DNA of 64,000 nt. It comes from Eledone cirrhosa (taxonomy: Eukaryota). The stretch is taken from NCBI GenBank assembly GCA_964016885.1, contig OZ024740.1, forward strand, positions 130,758,001-130,822,000. Direction: 5' to 3'. The notes below the pieces were generated by a model. The model ran no database searches. It was given only the letters and a program-made list of their open reading frames with translations, and was not told where the DNA came from. Shown one piece after another: positions 13,983 to 27,185 of this stretch. Both the position numbers and the translations under genes were made by a program. Numbering within the stretch: position 1 is the first letter of the stretch; each line of letters starts with the position of its first letter.

Positions 13983-15878
13983 CTAATGGATACAATTTAC
14001 ACTACCAGAACCTTTACGTTTATAATAAAAGTAAGAATTTGAAATGGCGTGGGGGCAAGAAGAGAATATCTCACACTTTCTATTAAGTAAGGTTTCCCTA
14101 GAGAAAATTATAGAGTGGGTCTCAAGGATACAGAGATTACAAAATTTTCTATGTGTTGATAGATTATTAGAGCGTGCTACTATTCGCCAATTAAGGCTAT
14201 ATGGTATATTAGCCCCCTTAAGATCCCAGATATGGTGTGCTAAAGAAGTAGAATTCTTAAACTTAACATGTTTAAAATTAGAGATATGAGAATTAAACCT
14301 AGTCTTAAAAGTGTTAGATGTTGAGCCTATATATGTGCTATTAGAGGAATTAGTTTTAACTACACAAGCATAAGCGATGTTCTTAGAGAGGCAATTACCG
14401 TTTAAAGGGCAGTTAACACTCACTCTACACTTACACGTCCGGGTGCTATTGATCGGCTGAAGTAGTGTTGCTCACACGTAGGGTTACTATGAGATAAGGT
14501 CTACTCAGGTGGTAAGACATTTATGGATCTATTCAGATTAGTAGTACGTAGAGAGGAGTATCCATCCCTAATTTTCCCATTGTTAGTGCTAGCTAAATGA
14601 GAACTAATATTAGGGGTGGTAGAGAATGAAAGTTTAATTACATTTTTATTAAAAATACCATGGTATTTATTAGTAGGAGGGAAATGTTTCTCTAAGATAG
14701 AAAAGAAATACCTAGGGATGTTAGTTAATACTTCCTGATTATATGACGGGTTAAAATAAGTATTTAGTCTCCTTCTATTTTTATCCTTACCAACTCTACC
14801 GTTATCTAATATCCCATTATTAAGATTTGGGTTACTACAAGGACTAGTTAAAACCACATTATTAGAATCAGCCGAAACTCCATTAAGTCTCTTTCTGTTT
14901 CTACCTTTAGTATATCTGCTGCTATCTGGAATCATATCAAAAGGATTAGGGCTAATAATAGGATCAGTAGAAACAACACTATTAGAATTAGATTTAGCAA
15001 AAGCATTACCACTGAGTGAGCGCTCAGAGCGCTCGACTTGATTCATAGAACTATTAGATTCCCTATTACGAATCCGGTGGCTTAACTTATGGATGGGTTC
15101 AGATACACCTATGTGATTTCTACGATTCTTATGCATTCTACTCCCATTTATGGCCATATTATGGGATATTATGTTATTATTATTATAAGTAAGCGGATAC
15201 TTTCTAAGGTTACTATGATTATAATGTATTTTACCAGAGTAACCGGAGTTAGCTAGGGCATTATTATAGTACTCTGCATGTGCATCAAATGTTCCTACGT
15301 CCTTAGGGAGTGTAGAAATCCTATTAGATACACCATTAATTATAGGGCTTATCATAGATTTGGGGTGGTTAGAATTGGGACAAACATAAGAGAGTATTTC
15401 ATTAGGCTTATGGAAGGGTTTAAAACTATTAGTGACCAAGTCCAAAGTCACATCTAAAAAGTTGACCGCTCTATCGTTTCTATCTATCGTGATCGAAAGG
15501 TTAAAGCTTTTAAAAAACTTATAAAGCTTCTTCTTATTATGCTCCATGTTGTTGGTGCTAGAGTTAATCACAAACAATGCATCGTCACGATAAAGTCCAC
15601 CTTTAAGGTGCGGACAGGTAACATATAGTTCATTTAGGAGGAACAGCCGAACAAGATCAGTTACCTGGGCCGAATCACTCGAACCCATTGTAACGTCGAA
15701 ATTGTTGGGCGTGTTTTTGCGGGTCCAAAATGTATCCTCAAAATTAATGATAGTTCTACGGGCTGCTAGTATACTATCTACCTGTGATCGTGTAAGGCTG
15801 GACACTCTCATGGCCAACATTAAGGCTTTATTAAGGAAGATGGGTGATATCGATGTGTAATAGGCATCAATATTTTCA
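13983..15878 (-). pseudogene. Naiad-type PLE RT plus GIY-YIG endonuclease (one break near 14460-14500)
   Basis: IDAYYTSI, MGSSDSAQVTDLV, LYRDDAL, VNFLDVTLDL, SNHP, YFNPSY, KHFP...IFNKNVIKLSFS, CKCR...CPLNGNCL, YIGST...FKTRFNSH, LAHHIWDLK, CNLCILE, LNRKCE...CPH. Confidence 0.9.
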
Positions 15879-15959
15879 TAATATATATATATATATAACG
15901 GCGATGAATTAGTTTTGCGAGGTTTTTGATATGAAATAGTGTGTCGAAACAAATATTGT

Positions 15960-16120
15960 TATGCTTGGGTAGGGTCATATTTGTGTAATATTGCCAGAAT
16001 TAATAACAGAACACACTCACTGTTTGGTTGGTTTTCACTTTTCGCTTCTGTTTCTTTTATATCGGCAATCTAATTTATTCGGTCCTCAATGTTGCCATTG
16101 ACTGACCAACGGTCAAAATA
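15960..16120 (+). repeat. Dispersed repeat, second copy at 34980-35142
   Basis: Shared GGGTCATATTTG..AATATTGCCAGAAT..AGAACACACTCACTGTTTGGTTGGTTTTC..CGGTCCTCAATGTTGCCATTGACTGACC. Confidence 0.85.
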
Positions 16121-16157
16121 CAGATACAATATAGACACAAACACATATATATAGTTT

Positions 16158-16198
16158 ATCAAATTCTTTCGTTGCACATCTGCAACATCGTCAGTGGT
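16158..16198 (-). ncRNA. Degenerate hammerhead motif
   Basis: Minus strand: CTGACGA-t-GTTGCA gatg TGCAAC-GAAA. Stems I and III are poor. Related to the 55630 motif. Confidence 0.55.
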
Positions 16199-17475
16199 GC
16201 TATTGTTTCCTCCCGTTGCATTGTATTTTCTACGCCATCTTTATTTAGTCTGTTTATATATTTATTTATTTGTTTATTTTATTTTGTCTTCTTTGCGCAT
16301 GCGTTTGCGTGTGTGTATAGTGTTTTGTTGGATGTGTGTTCGTGATTGGGTGGCTGTGTATTGGTTAATGTATTCTATCTTTACTAGTATGTGTATATAT
16401 GTGTTTATTGTTATTGTGCTTGTGTATGTATTTATTTATATATTTATCTATTTATTTAATTATCTATTCATTTATATATATGAGTTGATACGTGTGTGTA
16501 TACGTCGTATTTAACTGTGTCGACATAATCTTCATCATATAATACCTGTCATTTATGCTCACAAGGGTTAATTATTACAAATAATTACATATATTTTATA
16601 TAAAATATGATCGTAACTCTGTTTAACCTACAACTAATTTGAAATTAATAAACAGCATTATGAAATAATTAATGCAGATATTTTTAAACACAAGTAATTA
16701 CATTTAATGTAAATCATACTTGAAATTACTCTGCAGCATATATTAGATTACATTTACTAAATAAATGTATGTGTGCTAGAATAAGTTTTCGAATGATACG
16801 TGTGACTTGCATTTGAATATGATGAGTTGCAATATTTAAAACTGTTTCTCGTTCAAATTCTACTATTTCTCACAAACCAATGTTATCAATACACATTATT
16901 ATCCGCTTTCCTAATGACTTAACGGTATTCACTCAATTTTATATAATACAGTCCATCGGTCATCGCATATATTTATCAATTTAAAGAGGATTGTCGTGCG
17001 ATTAAAGCAAAGTTACCAGTAGACCACAGTGTATACTCATTATTCGGAACAATGAAGTGACGTATGGTATCATGCAGCTGGTTACGTTATCAAATAGATT
17101 TGCAATTATTTGTGAATCTGCTGTACTGTGTCCGTCGTGTTGCTGAGTATTAATGGTCTAGTGCAATTGAATGTATTCAGGTAAGAAATTATGGATATTA
17201 TTTGACGCATGTTCTTGAACAATGGATATCATCTCTTACATGATATACTTAACAGTAAAAATATGCGATTTATATTCTTGGTAATGCATCGAAAATTGAA
17301 AAGAAGGGTGCATAAATTTACACGGTGCAGTTACTAACATGTAAGTGAAGTAGCTACAGGTACAAAGGAAATACACATGGTTATGCGTGGGTTAACCATA
17401 CCACAGTATCCTTGTTTGGGTAAAATAATTTACCATAGCTTTGAAGCGGTTGCACTCTCGGAATAAACAAAAATG

Positions 17476-17515
<40 letters not shown>

Positions 17516-17706
17516 AGTGGTAGCTTACTAAAATCGAAGCTTCGGCTGTGGCCAAGCAAAGTGGATCTACGATAAGGAATGAGTAGCAAATCACTCAATA
17601 ATGGTAGGTCCCAAGAGTAATAACATACGTTTAAATACCTTGACAAATTGACAATTGCGGTAGGCAAAAACCAACCATACAATACCAAAGTAACGAAAGA
17701 ACTAAT

Positions 17707-17762
<56 letters not shown>

Positions 17763-20141
17763 GTGTGTGTGTGTGTGTAGAATAGGAAAATACAAAGTAG
17801 TTGCATAAGTTAATGTCATTTATTGATAAGGTTTTGGTACATATTTCAATGACGACACTGGCCACGTGATTCCGCGTAACCAGTGCTATGATCACACCAG
17901 AGAGCTTCATTACATAATAATGTTACCTTCTCAAGGCAATCCAAATTAAAGGCGACAAGGGAACGTACCAATATAATGTTTTTGAAGACTTCACCGTTTC
18001 CTCGTGAGCACTAGTTCCCCTCCATAGGATTTCGTAGGCGCAAATGTGATGGAATTATAGTCTCTAACTACTACCCAAAACACAATGAAACTAGCCAAGG
18101 TAAGCCCTCGCTACTAATCCCCCTCATCACAGCCGGTTAGGTGACAACTTCGCAGGGTTCATGTCTGCCGCTAAGTTATAATTTACTTCTAATCCTACGT
18201 CCTGCAGCAGCCTAACAATAGTCTGCTGTATTTGTAAAGTATAAGTTTCACCACTACCCCTATTTATTGTCTAGATATTATGATTTCACAATGGAAATTA
18301 AAATTTGTAATAAGATTCACAATTAGAAATCAAAGTTAAAAATCAAAACTTTGAACTTCATAAACCATGACTAAAGGTAATAAAAAATAATAAATATGAA
18401 GATGTTTAAATTAGAGTTATAGATTATGAAAATGGGATCAATATTGGATATTCTTCTGAAAGTATCTAGGATATGGACGGTTTTTGAGCTCTATGGTTCA
18501 ATAACATTTTCTCCGTACAGAGCCGTATGGAATTCTAGGATTTTGGCCCGTAGTGGGTCCGAAATATATAATATATGTATAAATATATACATGTATACGG
18601 GGGCTTTTGTTTATTTGCCTTCGTTTGTTTACGAATATCATTTTTCCTAGACATAATACTGTGCTACCTCTTTGTTATTCTGAAATGTCTATTGGTATTT
18701 ATGAAACAAACGCGTATTTCATAAATTGTTGTCTAGACGGTTGGCTTTTAATATTGCTTATGTTCTATTTTTCTTTTCTCCATCATCCATTTCTATATTT
18801 TTGAAATAATTTCATATTTTTGAAATAATTTCATATTTTTGTAATATGTATTCATCCCATATTTTTGTTCCGTCAATGCTTAACGTTATCATCAAGTTTC
18901 ATAAACTATATATGTAAAGGGATATTTAGGACAGTTGATGCAATTTATTGATGATTTTTTTCAATTCAATTTTATTTACTACAATATTCTTAATAGATGT
19001 ACATTTACCGTGCCATTACTTTTATAGGTAGATACATGCAGTTAATACCCGAAACCCTCTGATTTGTGTTACAATAACTTCTCGGGTATATAATTTTATG
19101 TCATAATTTTCAGAAAACAAAATATTGTCAGCTCAAGCTGAGTAGGTAAATGTCGAAGCATATACATATATAAAAGCAAGCGCTCTTTTGTCAACTTTAA
19201 TTTATTAATGTATCTTCCAATTATAGTATAATTTAAATTTGAATATTCAGACAATAATTATAATACATTTAATTCAGTGAAGGACTTAATGTACCAGAGA
19301 CTATATTTATGACAGTTGGCAGATGTGATGAACCCTCCATTCAGATTCACCACATTAACTTGTGTATTTGTTACTCGCTTCTCATATAGCATTGATTACA
19401 CAAGCTTCGCACTAAACAATTCAATCACTGCTCCCTCGAAGCAGTGTCTATGGTCTTGACTCCTTTTACTACACACATTTTTGTTTCCATCAGCCGTCGA
19501 TTTTGAATAGTAGGTCCGTCAAATTGATAAGAAAGGAAGTTAACTACATTTTTTCTCTTTACAATTACTATTGTAATTTATTTGACGAGACTTTTATTCT
19601 TCGATGGGAAATTTCTCACGATGTCTAGCACAGTGGTAGTTATGTATGCACTATATTTCTGGCAAAAGGCTTCTTTGTAACGTATTTTAATAGATGTCAG
19701 TTTCATTATTCAATCGTTGTCAGTAAAATCACAATTACGAAAGAATCATTTCGTCAGTCTCTATTGTTAACTGAAAGAATAATACGTGGTAATAGAAATT
19801 GTTATGTGAAGGAAATTAATCACCTGATATTAATTCACATTACAAATCAAAATTAAGTAAAATAAATGGTAAAGAAATGTGTATAGAGTGATAATGCGAA
19901 AACCACTAAATAATAAGAATAAAAATATGTAGCACAATTTATGGCCTAGGAAAATAGAAATAAACAATTCACAATAAATTTCACAAAGATGTACGCATAT
20001 CCGGTTAATGTCATGTGTATTTGTTTAATGTCAAGCTTTTCGAATATACTAGAATGTCTCCTTCACTAATACGGTGAATGTCATACGGGAAGGTGGATAT
20101 AAATACAGCGGATCAAAACTCATGATGATGATTATGATGAT

Positions 20142-20372
20142 GACGCTGATGAAGGTGATGATGACGATGATGATAATGATAATGATGATGAGGATGGTGA
20201 TTATGCTGATGATCATGATGTGCGACGATGACGAGAATCATGATGATGAGGTCGTTTATGATGTTGCTGATAATTATTAAAAAAACATAATGACGATAAC
20301 TAATGATGGTGATAGCGACGTTGATGCTGAACCTATTGATGATGATGGGGATGATTACGATGATGATGGTGA
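20142..20372. repeat. Imperfect (GAT)n trinucleotide microsatellite
   Basis: Direct inspection. Explains the poly-Met and poly-His pseudo-ORFs. Confidence 0.93.
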
Positions 20373-20734
20373 TCGTGGCGAAAATACGTTTTGACAACTT
20401 TCACGTTCGTGATAACGAACTTACGTAACAGAGCATAGGGAAGATATGAATAATAGAGGTCAATAATTGATAACGTATTAATGAGTCTAACTTGTACAAC
20501 AGTCTATATTATGGATTGTGATATCTTTGATTCGGGTAATTATAATATTGGTGATTAATTATATTATTATCGCAGTTGCATGTTTACTTGAAACTGTTGA
20601 AACGCCAGGAACATCGATGGCCAAAAAACAATTGTAAGAATGAAAAGGCAAAAACAAATATAGACACTCTTGAACTATCGTTGAGGTATCGAGGTGGAAA
20701 TAACGTTTTGGATGAGTTTTGTCGCAACTTTTGA

Positions 20735-20963
20735 GACATTGGATGTATCCTCTTTCTTGCTTATTTCAGTAGATTGTTAACAGTCTAAGCTAGAGACTTG
20801 GCTATGTTTGATTGATTGTGTTTCATATGATAATTATTCCAATTGTTTTTGTCTTCCTTATTATTGAATATATTATCACGGGAAGCATTTGTGAGATTGT
20901 CAAGACATTGTTTCTTCGAATTTGCTTGTAGAAAATGTTTAAATAAATGTTGTGTGTATATGA

Positions 20964-21051
<88 letters not shown>

Positions 21052-21134
21052 GCACACGCACACATACACACACACATACACACACACATACACACATACA
21101 TACACACATACACACACACATACACACACACATG

Positions 21135-21165
<31 letters not shown>

Positions 21166-21370
21166 TAAAATAACAGTTTACAACACTTATTTAAACATTC
21201 TCTACAAGCAAATTCGAAGAAACAATATATTGACAACGTCACAAATGCTTCCTGTGGTAATATATTCAATAATAAAGAAGACAAAAACAATTGGAATAAT
21301 TATCATATGAAACACAATCAATCAAACATAGCTTACTGAAATTAGCAAGAAAGAGAATAGATCCAATGTC
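20735..21370. repeat. Inverted repeat (20735-20953 / 21180-21370) around a (CA)n tract
   Basis: Arms are reverse complements with scattered mismatches. The left arm has an extra ~30 bp. Confidence 0.88.
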
Positions 21371-22900
21371 TGAAAGTCGACTGCCTTCTATCCAAGAAAA
21401 GCCTCTCCAGCAACATTGTCTCCAAATGTGAGGACGAAACACCCACGTCCCGTAGGGCCTATATAGGGTTAACTCCCAATAGATTCAAGCAGCGTCTTTA
21501 TATACACACCCATTCTTTTCTTAACGCTTTAAGAAAGTATATGACGTCACTTTCAGCTTATATCTGGAGTCTAAAAGACAACCACACTCAGTATAGGTTG
21601 CACTGGGAGATCCTAGCTTAGGCTAGGTCGTATAACGGAAATAAAATATCTTGTGATCTTTGCGCCGCTGAAGCCCTGGAAATACTCTACGCCAATGACC
21701 AAATCTTAAACAAAAAATCTGAGGCAATTTCGCCTTGTAAACACAAATTGCATAACACTTTTCTGTATTACAGCCCCGCATTATAGCCTAACGGATAGTA
21801 CGGACATTACGCGGATAATTTACGTCTTGATGTGGTAGCTAACTATATTTTATGTTTATACCATTACTTATTTGTATAGGTACGTATACTTTACCCGTAT
21901 GTTTTGGGTAGTACGTATACTTTTTCGTACGTATATATGCTTGTATTTGTTATAGGTGTATATATTATATTACATATACATATATATGTGTATATCGTTA
22001 TGTATATATGCGTATTTTGGGTTTGTGTGTGTATGCGTGTATGCGCGATGCACGTATGTAAGGTGTGTATAGGTTTACATCGTGTATTCATCGACTTGCG
22101 TTTGGTGAACATATGTATATTTACCTGAAGATAGGTGTATGTGTGCGTTATATACTTATTTATGTGTGTATATGTATATACCTTTATATAATTATATGTA
22201 TATATACACACACACATACATTATTTGTTGGGGGTGATAAAATAAAGTACCAGTAATGCACTGGGTAATTACTGGCCTTGTGCCTAACGTAGAAACTATT
22301 ATTTGTTATGTGTATTTGATTTATACTTTCGTATGTGTGCGGGTACATGTGTAGCGCCTGTTTATATGTACGTCCAATTATACGTATGAATGGCGGGTGC
22401 TTTCGCGTATGCAAGTATATATACGTATTTAGATGCATGTATGTATATAGTTAACTATTATTGATTTTAATAACCACTGTCATTTTCATTCTACTAACTT
22501 ATTTACATTATTCTTAATTCTGAAGCCGCGAATCATTCGGTTTCCTAAATAGTATATTAATCTATGACTTCATTTACACCATAAACGTGGTTTTGTCTTT
22601 GCGTGTAATTGTTCTACGCTCCACATAACGACGTATTATCTTCGCTTTTTTCTGTTCATTGCCAGGGAACGTCTTCAAGAACCAAAGTATTGTCTTCCTA
22701 TATTCCTTCGGTTGCATCGTTTTTCGATATATTTACTTCTGCCTTGGTAGATAGATTTTGTTAGTGTAAGAAGATCCCGTTAATGGTGAAAGCATTGTTA
22801 CTTTAATAAATATTTGCTCTAGGGTTCTTATATATTTGATATATATTTATCCTTATCTAGACCTCTTGGGATTTTAGTCTTCACATTTATCATTATTACT
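21370..22900 (+). mobile_element. Naiad-type PLE 3' fragment 2 (GIY-YIG remnant 21370-21786 plus 3' UTR)
   Basis: Manual translation: AYIGLTPNRFKQRLYIHTHSF...TSLSAYIWSLKD...WEILA*ARSY...CDLCAAEALEI...LNKKSEAISPCKH. Confidence 0.85.
22230..22300 (+). mobile_element. 3' fragment of OR1-like SINE
   Basis: GATAAAATAAAGTACCAGTAATGCACTGGGTAATTACTGGCCTTGTGCCTAACGTAGAAAC matches the tail of the 35512 copy. Confidence 0.85.
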
Positions 22901-22914
22901 ATATATATATATAT

Positions 22915-22992
<78 letters not shown>

Positions 22993-22999
22993 ATGTGCG

Positions 23000-25008
23000 A
23001 TAACAAATTATCGTTAGAGGTAACCAAGTTAGAGGTTGTAAGTACTCTGTGTCGCAGATTAGTTTTAACGTACGGCTTTGGTTAACTCAACAAGATGTTT
23101 CCATTGTTAGGCACCGAGTTCACGGGAATTCCTATGTAGGTTATACTTGGTGTAATAATAGTGAAATATTGAAGAGTAACATGGTTGGCCATACAACAAG
23201 GGGCTTTATTTTATGTATTAACAATTGTTTCATTGTTCAGGTGAGTCAAGAGGCCACTATTCACTCGAAGTTGCGTCACTCGATCTCCATTACCTTATTT
23301 ACCTCTGATCAAATCCTCAGAATACAAATAATTCATGCATGCCATGATATATATAGAGAAATAGCGTAGAATCAAAACAATAACAGCAATAATAAAATGT
23401 ATGATAAATAGCTTACATATGTAAGTTACATATGTAAAAAGTAAAAAGAAAGAAAAAAGATACACTGAAAAAGTAAGAAAGTGGAAAAAATAATGAAAAA
23501 ATATAAAGAAATAAAGATAGGTGAGAGCATATAAGTACAGAATATGATAGTCGTGGTGGTGAGTAAGTGTCTGTATAAGGATGATGCGGTGAATGTAGAG
23601 CTAACATGTAAAGCCATATTCGAAACATACATAGATACGTGTAGAAAATCTGAGGTAGTAACACATGATAGATAAAAGAAAAAAGCAATAAATTAGAAAT
23701 TAAGTGCGAGATAGTAGTATGAGATCCATGGGCTAAGGGTGGATGGTGAATGGCGACATTTGACCAAGGTGTGTGGTAAATGTTTTGCTGATTGTCTTGT
23801 CTTAATGGGGTTGATGTGGTTTCAGCGAGAGAGGGTGAAAGAGATGTTAAGATATTTATGATCTAGTGACCGGCTGTTTGACAGCTAATAGCGGTGTGAT
23901 GGTATGTATTCCATACGTTAAAATCCAATTGGTTCAGTTCTAATTTTGAGATTTCTGGGTCGAATCATGGGAGTTTGAATCGTGTGACATTGGTAGCTAG
24001 TCTGTTCCTACAGAAAATTGATATTTCTGTTTTTCTGTTAAGCAGCATCTTTTCGTACCTTAAAATATGGAATAGCTCCATATTGCAAAGTCTGCAGTGA
24101 ATAATTTCATTGTTGTAAGCCCTTACTCCCGATAATTTTGGCCAGCTAATCCTATATTACTGGTTTGTGTTTTTAAACTGCCAGAATATATTGGCGAGCG
24201 TTGTAGAATTCTCCAGTATACGGTTCTTCATGGAGCGTCTGTGAACGTATCATCTTTTTTTACCTCCCCAGCCGTGGAAGCTGTGTAGAGCCAAGTAAGG
24301 TTGCCTGAATTTATAGTACACTGGTACACCATACTTGAATCCAGGAATCTATTTTGTAGTGAGCACTTATCCGGTAGGTGGCAGTTACAGTTGGAGGCTT
24401 TTTGTGTGCAGGTACTCCGTTGCGGTTTTGTATGTTGTTATAGGTGGGTTGAGATTTAGGCCTATTAATGTTCTGTTGTGATGCACCCTGATGTGTATGT
24501 GGTTGCTATATTGTTATGTGTTTGCGATTTGTATCTGGTGCTATGGTGTATGTTGGTTGATTATTTTCTTTAGAGATGTTTTTGAGGTTGATTTTATGTA
24601 TGTGTGATCCTACCTCGGCTGCAGTAGAGTGAGATAGTTTGAGAGTTCTTCTATTAAATATTATATGGTATGTGTGTAATTTAGGGAAGTGTTTGTCGAT
24701 TAGCTTAAAGAATGTAGAAGGTAATTTGGTTTTTATAGAGGAGTTGAATATTGGATTGAACCATAAGTATTTCCTATGTCTGGATCATCTATAGTGCCTA
24801 GGGATCCTTATATTAGTGTTCGGTTCAATTACTTTTGGTGCTCGTTGTCTAATTCTATGATTAGTCCAGAGGTAAATAATGTAATGGAGTTCGAGTGACG
24901 CAACTTCGAGGGATTGGCAGCCTCTAGACTCACCTGATCAATGAAACAATTGTTAATACCTAAAATGAAGCCCCTTGTTGTGCAGCCACCATGTTACTCT
25001 TCAATCTT

Positions 25009-25010
<2 letters not shown>
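23000..25010 (-). mobile_element. Naiad-type PLE fragment 3 with inverted pLTR piece
   Basis: Minus translation: YLWFNPIFNSSIKTKLPSTFFKLIDKHFPK...IFNRRTLKLS, CNCHLPDKC, TTLANIFWQFK, CRLCNME, LLNRKTE...CRN. 23170-23322 is inverted to 24852-25005. Confidence 0.85.
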
Positions 25011-25072
<62 letters not shown>

Positions 25073-25074
25073 TA

Positions 25075-25678
25075 TATATGAAAAGTGTAATTTACTACAC
25101 AAAACGAAGGTTATAGATAAAATTGAGGTTGGTAATGGCACATGGAATATATAAGAGACAGAATTCTTTTTTGTGAAAAAACATATAATTGTATAAGGTA
25201 AGGAAATAATAAAGGGTATAAAAAATGACCGGTTTCGATGGGTCTGCAAAAGCCATCTTTTCAAATGTTGATTAATATTAAGAAAAATTAATAATAAGAA
25301 GAGTTAAAATTTGAGATTTGAAAATTCAAGTATAGAATTCATTGTGGGATTTCATAGTAGTTTTCATCTTGGTAGCAACTCGTTGACTGCTTCTGGTAGA
25401 GAAGCAGTCAACGAATTGCTACCAAGATGAAAACTACTATGAAATCCCACAATGAATTCTATACTTGAATTTTCAAATCTCAAATTTTAACTCTTCTTAT
25501 TATTAATTTTTCTTAATATTAATCAACATTTGAAAAGATGGCTTTTGCAGACCCATCGAAACCGGTAATTTTTTATACCCTTTATTATTTCCTTACCTTA
25601 TAAAATTATATGTTTTTTCACAAAAAAGTATTCTGTCTCTTATATATTCCACGTGCCATTACCAACCTCAATTTTCTC

Positions 25679-25685
<7 letters not shown>
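25075..25685. mobile_element. Palindromic solo double-pLTR of the Neptune family (foldback)
   Basis: Two inverted arms meet at GTTGACTGCTTCT-ggtag-AGAAGCAGTCAAC. Matches the pLTRs at 42790-43320 and 47930-48190. Flanked by (TA)n. Confidence 0.92.
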
Positions 25686-25727
<42 letters not shown>

Positions 25728-25731
<4 letters not shown>

Positions 25732-26464
25732 GACATCGTTTAAATCTCGATTATATAGGCATTCTTACTCAATAAAACACCAGAGCCAAAGAAATGTAAC
25801 AACTTTAGCAGAAAAAGCTTGGACGCTCAGGGATAGCGATCAAAGGTTTACCCTAAAATGGGAGAAATTAGCTAAATCCCAAAGCTTTTCCAGGAGCCAA
25901 AATTTCTGCAAATTGTGTAATCTTGAGATTTATTACATAATCACACACGAACAAAAATTGCTTAATAACAGAATTGAACGAACATTATTCTGCCGTCACC
26001 GAACTAAAACCCTTTTTTTCCCACTACAAGCTGAATATTACATAAAAGAGGGACATCCCCCCAACTATATAAACCTCAATCTAGATAGAAAAATATAAAA
26101 ACAATCTCTTCTCAACATATTATGTATATTAATAACCTTAAATTACCACACTAATAATGGAAAGATATGCTGATGAGAATAGGTGCAAATATGCTATAAT
26201 GAATGTGTCTAAAAGCGACCATATGTATGTATATATATGTGAAAATGTATATAAATAAGTAAATATATATATATGTTTGATGTGTATATTAGATGTAAGT
26301 GTATTCATGTATTAAAGTGTTTATATATATATATATATATATACACACATAGACTGGAGTAAGTATGTATATATGTGTGTGTCTATACGTGTCTATATAA
26401 AGATAAGTTGAGTATGAAAATATATACACATGAATGCGTATGTATGTACATGTATATATGTATA

Positions 26465-26502
<38 letters not shown>

Positions 26503-27042
26503 CATGTGTATATATATGTAAGTACAAGCATATAAGTATGTGTATGTGAGTATATGTATTTTGTAGAGGTGTGCATATATGTTTGTGTGTGAATGCGTGG
26601 GCGAAAGGATACGTACACTTGAAAGAAAAATTTAAGTCTGAATGTTAATTAAATGCAAGCACAAAACCAACCATGCATATCTATACTATCTATAATCCTT
26701 CTATAGATTTATAAAAATAACCAATAATATATTCTATAAAAATGTCAAAACAACAGATGGGAATCTAATTACTCACTGCCACCAACAATTCTCACTGCTA
26801 TAAAAAAACACTCCCTCAACTATTCTTCTAACAACTTCACCCCTCCCTCCTAATATTCTCTATAAAAACCAAACAGGTCCTCAGTAAAATTATTCTGATG
26901 AAATGACAGTTGATAATAACATTGAAATATTGAATGTCTGCATAACTAATACTTTGTAGATAGCAGGTGTTTTCAGGTTATGTAACTGTTATTGAAACAC
27001 GTGTCAATACATTCCTTTTAACTAAACTGTATCCATTTAAAT

Positions 27043-27050
<8 letters not shown>
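25728..27050 (+). mobile_element. Naiad-type PLE 3' fragment 4
   Basis: TSFKSRLYRHSYSI...TTLAEKAWTLRD...LKWEKL...FCKLCNLEIYYI...LLNNRIE...FCRH, then 3' UTR and a terminal HHR. Confidence 0.85.
26891..27009 (+). ncRNA. Type I hammerhead with 10-bp stem II and 72-nt loop 2 insert
   Basis: TATT-CTGATGA-AATGACAGTT-(72 nt)-AACTGTTATT-GAAA-CACGTG-TC-AATA. Confidence 0.8.
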
Positions 27051-27088
<38 letters not shown>

Positions 27089-27134
27089 AAATAAAATAAT
27101 TAAGTCAGATGTTTAAAATTTGGCATTGTTTATT

Positions 27135-27185
27135 ACTGATATATTTCGGTGACAGCCATCTTTGGCTGTGACCTCTTCAGGCAGT
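27135..27185 (-). ncRNA. Hammerhead motif (canonical core); inverted twin at 30528-30582
   Basis: Minus: ACTGC-CTGAAGA-GGTCACAGCCA aaga TGGCTGTCACC-GAAA-TATATC-AGT. The twin has intact stem I ACTGC/GCAGT but a mutated core. Confidence 0.8.

Larger units (their letters stand above)
12010..15880 (-). mobile_element. 5'-truncated Naiad-type Penelope-like element 1
   Basis: RT and GIY-YIG ORFs, ~1.9-kb 3' UTR, terminal HHR, both ends in (TA)n. Confidence 0.88.

Noticed and set aside
14501-15952. ORF start at 15952 as the true N-terminus
   Set aside because: The first ~25 codons run through (TA)n and unrelated flank. The element is truncated at ~15878 within RT motif A.
24925-24960. CTGATCA-AT-GAAA-CAATTG-TTA (twin at 23215-23250) as a hammerhead
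   Set aside because: No stem II, C at position 8 and no stem I. At most a relic.
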